Part shown: positions 50,844 through 60,040 of the stretch, piece by piece
Layout: each line of letters begins with the position of its first letter
How positions within the stretch are numbered: position 1 is the stretch's first letter
Source: Methanothrix sp.
GTDB lineage: Archaea > Halobacteriota > Methanosarcinia > Methanotrichales > Methanotrichaceae
NCBI GenBank assembly: GCA_963682135.1
Contig: OY821645.1
Location: 2,752,001-2,816,000, forward strand
Direction of reading: 5' to 3'
Length of the DNA: 64,000 bases
Position numbers and translations under genes: made by a program
Notes under the pieces: model-generated
Seen by the model: only the letters and a program-made list of their open reading frames with translations
Told to the model about the DNA's origin: nothing
The model's database searches: none

Positions 50844-51587
50844 ATGAAGGTCACTCTCCTGGGTACGGGCGATGCCATTGGTACGCCCAAGATCGGCTGC
50901 AAGTGTCCCGCATGTATGGATGCCCTGCGTGGTGGCAGAAGCCGCAGGATGAGGTTTTCCGTTCTCATCGAGTCGGATGAGGATGACGGAAGGGTCTTGG
51001 TGGACAGCAGCCCTGATCTGCGCTGGCAGCTATTAAAGAAGGATATATCCAGCGTGGACGGCGTTATCTGGACGCATGCCCATTATGATCACTATGCCGG
51101 CTTTGGGGATTTTCACCGGGTGCAAAGTCATGTGGATGTTTATGCCCTCAAGGAGACTATGGACTATATCTTAAACTATCTCTATTTCCTCAATCCCGTG
51201 CGCCACGACGCTGTAGCCTATCAGCCTTTCGATATTGCAGGCATGCAGTTCACCCTATTTCCCGTCAACCATCCACCCACAGAGACGGTGGGGGTGCGCA
51301 TAGACGACGGCAATAAAGTGGTGGTGATCACCAGCGACACCAAGATGGAGATTGCGGCAGAAAGCCTGGAGCTGATGAAGGATGCTGATTTGATGCTGGC
51401 GGATGCCATTACCCCGCCCGGCTACACCATCAGCAAGCACATGACGGCAGACGAAGCCATTGCTCTGGGGGAGCGATTGGGGGCGAAAAGACTGCTGCTA
51501 ACGCATCTCAGCCACCTCTATCCGCCCCATGAGATTGCTCTCAAGGAGTGGCCGCTGGGCCATGACATGATGGAGATTGTGCTGTAA
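50844..51587 (+). CDS. MBL-fold metallo-hydrolase, PhnP-like
   Basis: MKVTLLGTG, GCKCPAC, THAHYDHYAG, HLSH, HD. Start placed at MKVT rather than 50763. Confidence 0.88.
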   Translation: MKVTLLGTGDAIGTPKIGCKCPACMDALRGGRSRRMRFSVLIESDEDDGRVLVDSSPDLRWQLLKKDISSVDGVIWTHAHYDHYAGFGDFHRVQSHVDVYALKETMDYILNYLYFLNPVRHDAVAYQPFDIAGMQFTLFPVNHPPTETVGVRIDDGNKVVVITSDTKMEIAAESLELMKDADLMLADAITPPGYTISKHMTADEAIALGERLGAKRLLLTHLSHLYPPHEIALKEWPLGHDMMEIVL

Positions 51588-51657
51588 AATCCTGCAAAAC
51601 TATTCTTTCGCTGAAATATAGCGTTAAAGACATATACAAAGAGCTAAAGACAGTTAG

Positions 51658-52329
51658 ATGATGAAAAGGCTTACCGCTTATGTCTCGGGAAGTGTTCAGA
51701 AGACAGGATACCGAGCAAAAGTTGCCGATTTTGCCAGAATGCTGGGACTAAGAGGTACTGTGGAGAACCTTGATGACAGCCGAGTGAAAATATTGGCAGA
51801 AGGCAATGAGGATAAGCTGAAGTGGTTCGAAGAGGCCCTTATTATTAATGATAATTTGATACAAGTCTCCTCTATAGAAAGAGAATATTCTGAACCCATG
51901 GGTGATTTTAGCAGGTTCTACAAGCTTGTGGATAAGGGAGAGACAGACTCTCGGCTGGATACTGCCGCATCTCATCTAAATAATCTCATTGGTGCAGTGA
52001 ATAATTTGAATGATAATCTTGGCCGAAAGATGGATGTTATGATTGGTTTGAATGATAATATGGGCAATAAGATGGATGTTATAATTGATTTGAATGATAA
52101 TCTTGGCCGAAAGATGGATGTTATAATTGATTTGAATGATAATCTTGGCCGAAAGATGGATGTTATGATTGATCTGCAAAGAGAGGCCCTCGATTCCCAG
52201 GAAAACCTGCTGGAAGAGGTTCATGAGTCCAGAAAAGATCTTAAGGGATATCTCGAACAGAGATTTGAAAAGCTGGAATCGGAAGTAACTGAGATGCGAG
52301 CTGCTCTCAGGGAAAAAGGGATTATTTAG
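51658..52329 (+). CDS. Acylphosphatase-domain protein with heptad-repeat coiled-coil tail (copy 2)
   Basis: VSGSVQKTGYR...GTVENLDDSRVKILAEG; tail LNDNLGRKMDVIID x4. Confidence 0.85.
   Translation: MMKRLTAYVSGSVQKTGYRAKVADFARMLGLRGTVENLDDSRVKILAEGNEDKLKWFEEALIINDNLIQVSSIEREYSEPMGDFSRFYKLVDKGETDSRLDTAASHLNNLIGAVNNLNDNLGRKMDVMIGLNDNMGNKMDVIIDLNDNLGRKMDVIIDLNDNLGRKMDVMIDLQREALDSQENLLEEVHESRKDLKGYLEQRFEKLESEVTEMRAALREKGII
52006..52173 (+). repeat. 42-bp coding tandem repeat x4
   Basis: ttgaatgataatcttggccgaaagatggatgttat(a/g)attgat units. Confidence 0.92.
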
Positions 52330-52340
52330 TTCCCAATGTT

Positions 52341-53678
52341 TTGATTCTTACATTAGAGATATCCATGAGAATAATGATTATTTTGTTCCTTCTAATGCTT
52401 CTGCCACTCGCGGTGACGGCCACTGCAGAAACGCCTACTGTCCCTGAAAAGGATACAGAAAAAGATTTGTCCATAATTGCTCCAAATGATTTTAACGCCG
52501 CCCTGAATTGCAGTTATGATGAAATCGACCGTCACGCACTGACTGCGCCTTCTTCGGCCGAAGCTACGGTAGAAAGCCTGGCTGCCTACTTGATCGAGCC
52601 GGCAAAGAATGATCGCGAGAAGACCCGGGCCATCTTCCGCTGGATCACAGAGAACGTTGACTACAACGTTGAGGTTTTTTTCCAGGGCGGCACCGGGGCT
52701 ACGATATCTGAGGATGTCCTAAAAAGCAGAAAATCGGTCTGCTACGGCTATTCCGATCTCTTCCTCTCTTTAGCCAGGGAAGCGGGCCTGGAGGCAGTGA
52801 GGATCAGAGGCTACGGAAAGGGGTACGGATATGTGCCGGGCAAGAGCTTCACCGGCCCCTTAAATCATGCCTGGAATGCCGTTAAAATAAACGGATACTG
52901 GTATTTAATGGACTGCACCTGGGGGGCGGGGTATGTGAGTGGGGAAGGAAAGTACGTGCGCAAATTCGACGATCACTATTTTATGACGCCGCCTTCCCAG
53001 TTCATCTTCAGCCACCTCCCGGAGGATGTCCGCTGGCAGCTTCTCGATCTGCCTCTCTCAAAAGAGGGGTTTGAGAATCTGGTCTATCTGGAATCGGACT
53101 TTTTCAACCTGGGTCTGAAGCTCGGGCAGAGGAACGGGACGATAAGCGCGGCAGGCCAGGTCAACGTCTCCATATTTGCACCAGAGGATGTGTTGATGAT
53201 GGCAAAGCTGGAGTACGCCGACGGCGCAGCTGCTGGAGATGGCCGCACATTTTGCCAGAGAGATGGGGAGCGGTATGATATTTATGCTCAATTTCCAGGC
53301 GCAGGGAGTTTTATCTTGAAGGCCTATGCCAAGCGAAGAGACGATCCAGGAAAGTACGATTCTGTGCTGGAATACGGCATCAATGCCTCCTCAGGTGGGG
53401 GCTCCGGCTTTCCCATGACGTTTAAAACGTTCAGCGAAACAGGGGCCTATCTCTACGGGCCGCTGGAGGGCAGGCTGCAGGCCGGGTCGAGCTACCTGTT
53501 CCGGATCAGGGTTCCAGGTGCCAGGAATGTGTCTGTGGTGTGCGGGGATAAATGGACAACTCTTGCGTCGCGAGGGGATCTTTTTGAGGGGAATGCGACT
53601 GCCGGGAAGGAGGATGTGGGTGTCTTCGGGAAGTTTCAGGGAGAGGGGTGGGATGGGCTGGTGAGATATAGTTTATAG
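52341..53678 (+). CDS. Secreted transglutaminase-like (KY/Cyk3-type) cysteine protease
   Basis: AIFRWITENVDY, VCYGYS (C), NHAWN (H), MDCTWGAG (D), YF.TPP..FI.SHLPED.RWQLL. The start is probably the ATG near 52365. Confidence 0.85.
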   Translation: MILTLEISMRIMIILFLLMLLPLAVTATAETPTVPEKDTEKDLSIIAPNDFNAALNCSYDEIDRHALTAPSSAEATVESLAAYLIEPAKNDREKTRAIFRWITENVDYNVEVFFQGGTGATISEDVLKSRKSVCYGYSDLFLSLAREAGLEAVRIRGYGKGYGYVPGKSFTGPLNHAWNAVKINGYWYLMDCTWGAGYVSGEGKYVRKFDDHYFMTPPSQFIFSHLPEDVRWQLLDLPLSKEGFENLVYLESDFFNLGLKLGQRNGTISAAGQVNVSIFAPEDVLMMAKLEYADGAAAGDGRTFCQRDGERYDIYAQFPGAGSFILKAYAKRRDDPGKYDSVLEYGINASSGGGSGFPMTFKTFSETGAYLYGPLEGRLQAGSSYLFRIRVPGARNVSVVCGDKWTTLASRGDLFEGNATAGKEDVGVFGKFQGEGWDGLVRYSL

Positions 53679-53743
53679 CATCTATTTAGTTTACAGTTTA
53701 AAAAAATAATACTTGTTTAGCTTAGGCTTGGTTCCATCTTTAT

Positions 53744-53793
53744 GCGGCGGCGCCTCGCATGCCCCGTCTGCTTGCAGCGGGGTGCGCCGTCGC
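53744..53793. repeat. GC-rich extended hairpin at the left edge of the AT-rich islet
   Basis: gcggcggcgc/gcgccgtcgc, gccccg/cggggt, ctgc-tt-gcag. Confidence 0.6.
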
Positions 53794-53830
53794 CGTTTGA
53801 CTCTAAGCAGCACCGTAATTATCACTAAAT

Positions 53831-55195
53831 TTAACTCCTTATTTTTATAATTAAATTCCTCATTAATTCTTCACATTCATCCAATTTATTAGTTTTTATA
53901 TTATTTAAAAGAATCTCCTGGTTTCTTTCTACTCTATATATCCAAAATCCTTCAGGAGAAGCTACTACAAAGCTTTTCATCCCTAGCAAGAGCGAATAGG
54001 ATTTGGCTTGTAGAACTGCTTTCTTAAGTTGAGATTCATTGACTATTTCTAATTTATCCTCAAATAAAGTCAAGTCTCCTTTCTCATCTTGAATAATAAA
54101 ATCTACGTAGCATGTGTGATATTGGCTTCCTACTGTAAAATAACATGGATATTGCCTTTTAAATTTTAATCTCCAATGCTTTAACAAAGGCTCAATGATT
54201 TTATCCTCAAATTCTTCTTCTGAGGAGTAGGTCCCAGAGGTCGCTTCTTGGCCTATAGATTCAGGAGATAATCCTAATCTTTCATAGACCTCTTTTCCTA
54301 TTTTCTCTAATAATCTATTATATATTGAATATGGAATTGTTCCTGCTGTTACTCCCTGTGATTGAGCTTTGACAAAACTCCAATTATTTAATACTAAATC
54401 ATGTTTCATCTCTATCATTGTAATATCTCTAATCGAAGTAATTTTTCTTAGAGGAACATAAAAACCACCCCACCCCAAATACGCATCAAAATAAGGTTTT
54501 CCAGACACTTTATATATTTCTGTGATTGCTTTTCTTGGACTCTGCCTATACATAAATACTAAATCACCAATCTGCATTTCTTTTCTACCAGACCATGTAG
54601 TTTCAATTTCGTTATCTAAGCTACTAAAATCTTTAGGACTTGATACTAATATCCAGTATCTGTTATAATTGTTTTTATCGAAAAATAATGGTGCTAAAAC
54701 ATCAAATAGAAAGTAATTAATCCTTTTCTGAATAGACTTAGGGTCTTCCAGATTTGGCCATGTATCATGTGAAAACGAAAGTAGAGCTTCATTTAAGATC
54801 AGGTAATTTTCAAAACTATTTTTGTTATGTCCAATTTTGGAAAATGAAAACTGAAATTTCTCATAGATTTGACTGAAAAATTTGAATCCTGCAAAGATTT
54901 CATTTTCTAAAAAAGATACTCTATAAAATAAATATTTTTGTGGATATAAATAATTTAGTGTTAAAGATATATTCGATATGTTATTTTTAAAAGTCTCCTT
55001 TAGGATTGATATAACAGCCCCCTCGTCTACTATGTCTTTTGAGGTGACAACAAGTGGTAAAGAAATATCTCTTCCAGAATTAATCCCTGAAAGCAAAACC
55101 TTTAGATCTCTCTTCCACACATCAACATCATAGCATCTCTCTGCATTTCGTTTTACATCTTCTATCAGCCAATTCAATATCAATTCATCATTCAT
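53831..55195 (-). CDS. EVE/PUA-like domain + HsdR_N-like PD-(D/E)XK nuclease; putative modification-dependent restriction protein
   Basis: YWILVSSP...TWSGRKEMQIGDLVFMYRQSPRKAI (EVE-like); SEEEFEDKIIEPLL...YVDFII...LFEDK...QAKSYS (HsdR_N-like); visibly AT-rich. Confidence 0.7.
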   Translation of the reverse strand: MNDELILNWLIEDVKRNAERCYDVDVWKRDLKVLLSGINSGRDISLPLVVTSKDIVDEGAVISILKETFKNNISNISLTLNYLYPQKYLFYRVSFLENEIFAGFKFFSQIYEKFQFSFSKIGHNKNSFENYLILNEALLSFSHDTWPNLEDPKSIQKRINYFLFDVLAPLFFDKNNYNRYWILVSSPKDFSSLDNEIETTWSGRKEMQIGDLVFMYRQSPRKAITEIYKVSGKPYFDAYLGWGGFYVPLRKITSIRDITMIEMKHDLVLNNWSFVKAQSQGVTAGTIPYSIYNRLLEKIGKEVYERLGLSPESIGQEATSGTYSSEEEFEDKIIEPLLKHWRLKFKRQYPCYFTVGSQYHTCYVDFIIQDEKGDLTLFEDKLEIVNESQLKKAVLQAKSYSLLLGMKSFVVASPEGFWIYRVERNQEILLNNIKTNKLDECEELMRNLIIKIRS

Positions 55196-55356
55196 ATATT
55201 ATTCTTCCGTTAAGCCCATAGCTTCATTTTTAACATGGATGGCAATGAGTTCTCTTCAAAGCATTTTCTATTATTAGATTGCCCTTAGTCAGAGCGTTTG
55301 CACTATTGCATCACTGAAAAACTCTCAATAAAAAAATACATAGAGCCAAAATCCGG

Positions 55357-56222
55357 TCACAGCATCAGGAATTGTTCATATTTCTGGCGTTTGGTCTGGT
55401 CGCTGATATGTGAATACCTGAGTGTTGTTCTTATATCACTATGGCCTAGAATTTCCTTCACTCTGCTTATATCACAACCGGCTACTATCATCATGGTTGC
55501 CGTCGTATGCCTCGCGAATACATGTACACCCACGGCCTTTTCAATTCCTGCCTTTGCTTATACCGGGTAAATAAACGGTGTATTTCAGTTCGTTGCCATC
55601 TTTTTCCATATTCCGTAAAGAATAGAGGTTCTCTATCATCAAGGAAAATAAAGGTTTTAATTCAAGATAACGGCGAAGTGTCGCGGCACATTCGTTGTTA
55701 ATAATTAATAAGTGCAATTCTATCTTTACCACGTTTAACGTTACCGATTCTAATTGTCAGGCGCTTTAAATCAATATCCGGGACATCAATATTGCATAAT
55801 TCGCTTGCCTGTAGGCAGGCATAAAATACAGTTTGTAATATCGCGAGATGTTTAAGGTTCTGGATTACACTGAATATTTTAATAACATCGTCTTTATCGA
55901 AATAGTGAGGTATTTGGTTATTAGGTTCAAGTCGTTTGACTTCTATTTTCTCTCCTATCATCGCGTGGTAAGCTCGTATGGAATATTTGTATTGGTTCTT
56001 GGTAGACCTCGATGCTTTCCTTTCGGCTAAAATGTCTCTAAAGAGTTCTAAGTCTTGGTTCGATGGCCTATCGCTTTGCGCGAATTTGAGATATCTTCGC
56101 ACGTTTCCTAAATAACCGGTTACAGTGGCTTTCCTCATCCCCTGGCCTTCAAGATATCGCCGGAATCTCTTCAAAGCCGGTTCAAAATCAGTTGTAATTT
56201 TTATATCAAAATTTATATTCAT
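55357..56222 (-). pseudogene. Tyrosine recombinase/integrase (XerD-like), multiply frameshifted
   Basis: SAM-like N-domain; YACLQASEL (catalytic R replaced by Q); KRGKDR; then in other frames NNECAATLRRYL, EPLFFTEYG and HVFARHTTAT...ILGHSDIRTTLRYSH. Confidence 0.88.
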
Positions 56223-56319
56223 TATCTGCAAATATAAATCTCCTGGGAGAAAAGGACACAATCCTGTAACACATAGAGAATCATCCGAAACAAAAATCGC
56301 TACCAAAAGAGCACTTTTA

Positions 56320-56392
56320 TGGGGCCACGGCGATTTGAACGCCGGTCACAGGACCCCCAGTCCTGTAGGATACCAGGCTACCCTATGGCCCC
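56320..56392 (-). tRNA. tRNA-Pro (GGG), intron-less, CCA not encoded
   Basis: GGGGCCATAGGGTAGCCTGGTATCCTACAGGACTGGGGGTCCTGTGACCGGCGTTCAAATCGCCGTGGCCCCA folds as a cloverleaf; anticodon stem CAGGA/TCCTG. Confidence 0.96.
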
Positions 56393-56421
56393 GCACAGCG
56401 AACTGTAGGAAGCAGAGGTGG

Positions 56422-56430
56422 CATATAAGC
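56422..56430 (-). promoter_or_regulatory. TATA box of the tRNA-Pro gene
   Basis: Minus strand gaaatgcTTATATg about 30 nt upstream of the mature 5' end. Confidence 0.55.
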
Positions 56431-56521
56431 ATTTCCCATGGTTTTTGACTCCACACCTGGGTTCGTGACAAGGCTCTCGATCAAATAGTTTAATAATCCC
56501 TATCTCTCCAAGTGAGAGCCC

Positions 56522-56848
56522 GTGAGACGGAGAAAGGACAGCCACAGGACCAGAGATCTGGCCTTACAGCGCATGGAGAGGCTATTTATGCTGGCGGCAG
56601 CAGTTCACGCGGCCAACCCGGAGAGGAGCGACAGATATGTGCAGATCGCCAGGAAGATTTGCACCCGCACCAGAGTCAGAATGCCCCGACAGCAAAAAAG
56701 GCTCTTTTGCAGAAACTGCGGCAGCTTTCTTGCTCCGGCAGCAACCAGGGTGAGGCTAAGTGAAGGCGTCCTTATCACCACCTGTCTGCTGTGCGGCCGG
56801 CAGATGAGGCGCCCTTACCGGTCTTCAGGAAATGGATCGTCGAGATAG
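56522..56848 (+). CDS. rnp4: Ribonuclease P protein component 4 (Rpp21)
   Basis: ALQRMERLF..A, RYVQIARKI, KRLFCRNC...L...RVRL...TCLLCG...RRPY. Confidence 0.92.
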   Translation: MRRRKDSHRTRDLALQRMERLFMLAAAVHAANPERSDRYVQIARKICTRTRVRMPRQQKRLFCRNCGSFLAPAATRVRLSEGVLITTCLLCGRQMRRPYRSSGNGSSR

Positions 56849-56911
56849 CACAAAGAGCCAAAGCTCGATAACCCTAACCAGGATGCCTAAATGGTTGATG
56901 AGCACCTCAGT

Positions 56912-57481
56912 CTAATCGACGCTATCGGATGAAGCCAGACCCAGTTGATCGTAGCCTATGTATTGCATTATGCGATCCTTCTTGTCTCCGATCAGCTCAT
57001 TCTCGCGATCGAGTATCTCTTTCACCAGATTTACGATGGGCACCTTTCCATCCCAATTTCGGGCCAGGATTTCTGTCGAGGACGATTCCTTTGCTACCTC
57101 ATTGGCGACAAACGCGCAAAGGTAGATATCGTCCACATAGCCGATTGGACCGTACTTCTCCTCGGGGATGATATCCTCAGGAAGGATAAAATATGCAATG
57201 GCGGCAATGACCAGCGGCGACATCGACCTGGGAAGAGCCTGGTCATCCAGGAGCCTGGTCATCATTTTGTAGAGGGCCGGCGCCTGTGCAATTAGCTGGG
57301 AAAATTCGCCATCATAACCGGAGATATCCTTTTCCAGTATGGCATCAAATCTCTTCAAATCAAAAACCTCTCCACTTCTTATTTGTGGACGATTAGATAA
57401 CTTTTGTGCCCGAAAAACGTTTGAGGGAGACCACTGGCGATGATTTTTAAAGGAGGCGGGCAAGATCCGCCAGTGATTCAA
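56912..57481 (-). CDS. YkvA/DUF1232 family protein
   Basis: AIAYFILPEDIIPE...IGYVDD. The real start is probably the TTG at ~57358 after ggag. Confidence 0.8.
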   Translation of the reverse strand: MNHWRILPASFKNHRQWSPSNVFRAQKLSNRPQIRSGEVFDLKRFDAILEKDISGYDGEFSQLIAQAPALYKMMTRLLDDQALPRSMSPLVIAAIAYFILPEDIIPEEKYGPIGYVDDIYLCAFVANEVAKESSSTEILARNWDGKVPIVNLVKEILDRENELIGDKKDRIMQYIGYDQLGLASSDSVD

Positions 57482-58241
57482 GAACCATATCCGGCTTGAC
57501 GCCAGAGCTTTTTGCTATCTCTTCTCGATACTTTCCTGTTTTAACCAAAATTCCCCGCATGCCCATCTCCTGGGCCCCGTGCACATCGGTCAGGATATCG
57601 TCTCCTATCATAGCGGCGTCTTTTGGCTTTATTCCCAGGTCTGTTAGAGCCAGCTGGAAGAAATTGCGGGAGGGCTTTCCCATAAGCAATGCCTTCTTTC
57701 CCGTGGCATATTCAAGGGCGGCAACGAAGGGGCCGGTTGACAGGACCAATCCTTGCGGCTGGCTCCAGTATCGATCCATTTCCAGGGCAAGAATCTCCGC
57801 CCCGTCAAGGATTAGCCGCAGGGCCTGGTTTAGGCGTTCGAAGGTAAAGCTATCTCCGGCGTCACCGATTACAACACAGTCCACATTTTCTTTAGAGATG
57901 ATGATATCTGCCTGCTCAAAGTCCCTGTGCACGTCTCCGGTGGTGAGGAGGAAGCACCTTTCTTTTCCTGATTTCTTTATGTGCTCGATGGCGGCCAGGG
58001 GCGGGGTGTAGATCTGCCAGGCGGCAACATTGTATCCCAGACCCCGGAGGCGTTCTGCCACAGAGTCGCGAGCGCGGCGCGTGGAGTTGGAGACGAAGCG
58101 GTAGCTATATCCCAGCTCGTCCATGCGCTGCAGGCATTCCTTGACGCCTGGATAGGGATCTTTTCCCGTGTAGAGGACGCCATCCAGATCGATGAGAAAA
58201 GCCCGGACAACGGGTTCGATTTTCATTTGACTAGAAGACAC
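57447..58241 (-). CDS. HAD-superfamily IIA hydrolase (LHPP/TIGR01458-like)
   Basis: DLDGVLY, SNST, GKPS, MIGDDILTDV.GAQ..GM.GILVKTGKY. Confidence 0.9.
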   Translation of the reverse strand: MSSSQMKIEPVVRAFLIDLDGVLYTGKDPYPGVKECLQRMDELGYSYRFVSNSTRRARDSVAERLRGLGYNVAAWQIYTPPLAAIEHIKKSGKERCFLLTTGDVHRDFEQADIIISKENVDCVVIGDAGDSFTFERLNQALRLILDGAEILALEMDRYWSQPQGLVLSTGPFVAALEYATGKKALLMGKPSRNFFQLALTDLGIKPKDAAMIGDDILTDVHGAQEMGMRGILVKTGKYREEIAKSSGVKPDMVLESLADLARLL

Positions 58242-58347
58242 AGCATTATTCTCCTAAAGCTAATGCAAGATAAATTTTGCGAAATTCAAATTTCCCGAAG
58301 GCCGGGCGCGCATTTGATAAAGCTGTAGCGCATATCAGCCGCAAACG

Positions 58348-59010
58348 ATGTGCGATTATCTTCTCAAATTGGGCATCTGGGCCTTTCTCGCCCTGACCGC
58401 CATCTGCATGATCTCTTCAGGTGCTCAGTTTAACGGCACTACATATCATCTGGGTGAGAAAGAGGCGCTGGTCTCTGTGCCTGTCAATGCCAGCCATCTG
58501 AATATCACACTCTCCGATAAGACGGAGAATATGACGCTCGTTGACGAAGTGGGCATGAATGTAACCTTCAACAGCAGCAATCGCTTCTTGCGGGGAGACT
58601 ACATCTACAACCTGACCTTTGCCAGGCACGTCACAGGAAGGCTGAATTACACCATGTCTTTGCAGGGCCAGCAGCTAATTCTTCCCATTCGGGATCATGG
58701 GCGGCTGCAAATAATTCTGCCGGAGGGCTTCACCACGGGAGAGCGCAGCCTGGGCATAGCCAGGCCGGCGCCGGACGAATTCGTTGAGGATGATTCCGGC
58801 AGCATTCTAACCTGGAACAACACAACGCAAATTTCCTACATCGAGGTCAATTATTACCGGAGGAGCGCTCCCCAGGCATTGATGATCATTATGGGCATCC
58901 TGGGCCTGACGGGTTTGGTTCTGCTGGCTCAATACTACATCAGCATCCGAAAACTGAAAGAGGCCGGGATGGAAATGGAACGCGAAGTGAATGGGAAAGA
59001 TCGCCAATAG
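58348..59010 (+). CDS. Membrane-anchored exported protein (DUF5803-like)
   Basis: Signal peptide; ILPEGFTTGERSLGIARP; C-terminal TM followed by YY..IRKLK. Confidence 0.65.
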   Translation: MCDYLLKLGIWAFLALTAICMISSGAQFNGTTYHLGEKEALVSVPVNASHLNITLSDKTENMTLVDEVGMNVTFNSSNRFLRGDYIYNLTFARHVTGRLNYTMSLQGQQLILPIRDHGRLQIILPEGFTTGERSLGIARPAPDEFVEDDSGSILTWNNTTQISYIEVNYYRRSAPQALMIIMGILGLTGLVLLAQYYISIRKLKEAGMEMEREVNGKDRQ

Positions 59011-59024
59011 AGAAATCCATTCAT

Positions 59025-59528
59025 TCAAGAATAGCAGGCTTTTTTTCTGAGGTGGTGATCGATCCAGGCCGAGATCTGTCTTCTTCTGGTATAGCCGAAG
59101 AATACGAGATAAGCCAGGCCTGCCGTTTCCGGTATCCAAACGGCGGGATTTTTCAGGCCGCAAAGAAGCATCTCCAGGTAGCTCATGGTATCCAGAAGCG
59201 GCGCGCTGGGAAATGGCCCCAGGATGGGCCAGAGCAATATCTCCGGGGAATTCCACATAAAGTCCAGAGAGAGGTGGACCAGCACTCCCCAGGCCAGGGA
59301 GAAGAGCCTGATATCCTGGAAATGCCAGCATAAGGCAGAAAGGATCATGAGGAAGAGGAGCGTGTGGGCGAAGGTGCGGCCCATATTGGGGCTGCCGAAT
59401 ACTATCAGGCCCAGGGGTTTATCGATGATGTCGGGCAGCATGGAGCCCAATGCCAGAAAGGCCAGGCTCACGCGGCTAAAAAAGCGGGCTGTTGCTAGAG
59501 CAAGGCCTACATGGGCAAAGAGAAGCAT
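59025..59528 (-). CDS. Membrane-bound metal-dependent hydrolase (YdjM-like)
   Basis: FAH.G, GSMLPDIIDKP, R.FAHTLLF, HLSLD. Confidence 0.85.
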   Translation of the reverse strand: MLLFAHVGLALATARFFSRVSLAFLALGSMLPDIIDKPLGLIVFGSPNMGRTFAHTLLFLMILSALCWHFQDIRLFSLAWGVLVHLSLDFMWNSPEILLWPILGPFPSAPLLDTMSYLEMLLCGLKNPAVWIPETAGLAYLVFFGYTRRRQISAWIDHHLRKKACYS

Positions 59529-59760
59529 TGGGCAGAGAATCGTTCGCTTAGATATTTAGCTATTTTGCGGGGTCTCTACTTTTTGAAAAAATTATGCCCA
59601 TGGACAGAAGCAGGCTGATGGATCGCGATTTTTGGCAGCGTAATCTGTCTCACTGGCCGCTATGGTGAGCGAGGATGATTGTTGCGATTTTAATAGAAGT
59701 GAGCCAACCACAACCTTTTTAATGTATCTAGCGGCACTCAATACTAATCTCAATTACTAC

Positions 59761-60032
59761 GATAGTGGGAGATGATACGGAAAGGAGTACCAGATCCTTA
59801 ATAGCAGAGGGTCAGGGAGGGCTTCGCCGGACACTCACACCTCGCAAAGTGAATCCAAGCGGGTTGCTGAATTGATGCAGCCTTGATCCATTCGAGGCTG
59901 ATGATGGCGAAAGTCATCAATGGTGATAAGAGGCGCCCAGGCTTAGCAGCCAGGGCTGTAGATTTTGCTCCTCTGGGGCGGAAAGCGGATTACTATCAAA
60001 TGGCTGCGCTACCCTGCGGAAAGCATCGGGTA
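59761..60032 (+). ncRNA. Candidate structured non-coding RNA or long 5' leader (family not recognised)
   Basis: Closing stem gatagtgg/ttactatc, at least five internal hairpins including tgatggc-GAAA-gtcatca, three cggaaag motifs, upstream TTTTTAAT box, no ORF. Confidence 0.5.
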
Positions 60033-60040
60033 TCTTTATC

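Larger units (their letters stand above)
53700..56319. mobile_element. Decayed integrative islet at the tRNA-Pro 3' end
   Basis: Integrase pseudogene directly downstream of the tRNA; AT-rich cargo gene; no att duplicate recognised. Confidence 0.65.

Noticed and set aside
55357-56222. Programmed frameshifting or SSV-type split integrase
   Set aside because: At least three frame breaks plus a catalytic Arg-to-Gln change indicate decay; the tRNA lies outside the coding region.
59898-59915. CTGATGA...GAAA resembling a hammerhead ribozyme core
   Set aside because: Only 4 nt between the boxes (no stem II), no properly placed NUH site, and the segment is better explained as a GAAA-capped hairpin.
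59761-60032. RNase P RNA (rnp4 is nearby), SRP RNA, or fluoride/c-di-GMP riboswitch
   Set aside because: No GAGGAAAGTCC core, no SRP helix-8 motif; only isolated fragments (cgcaaag, gcagccag, gctgatga) without the right spacing.
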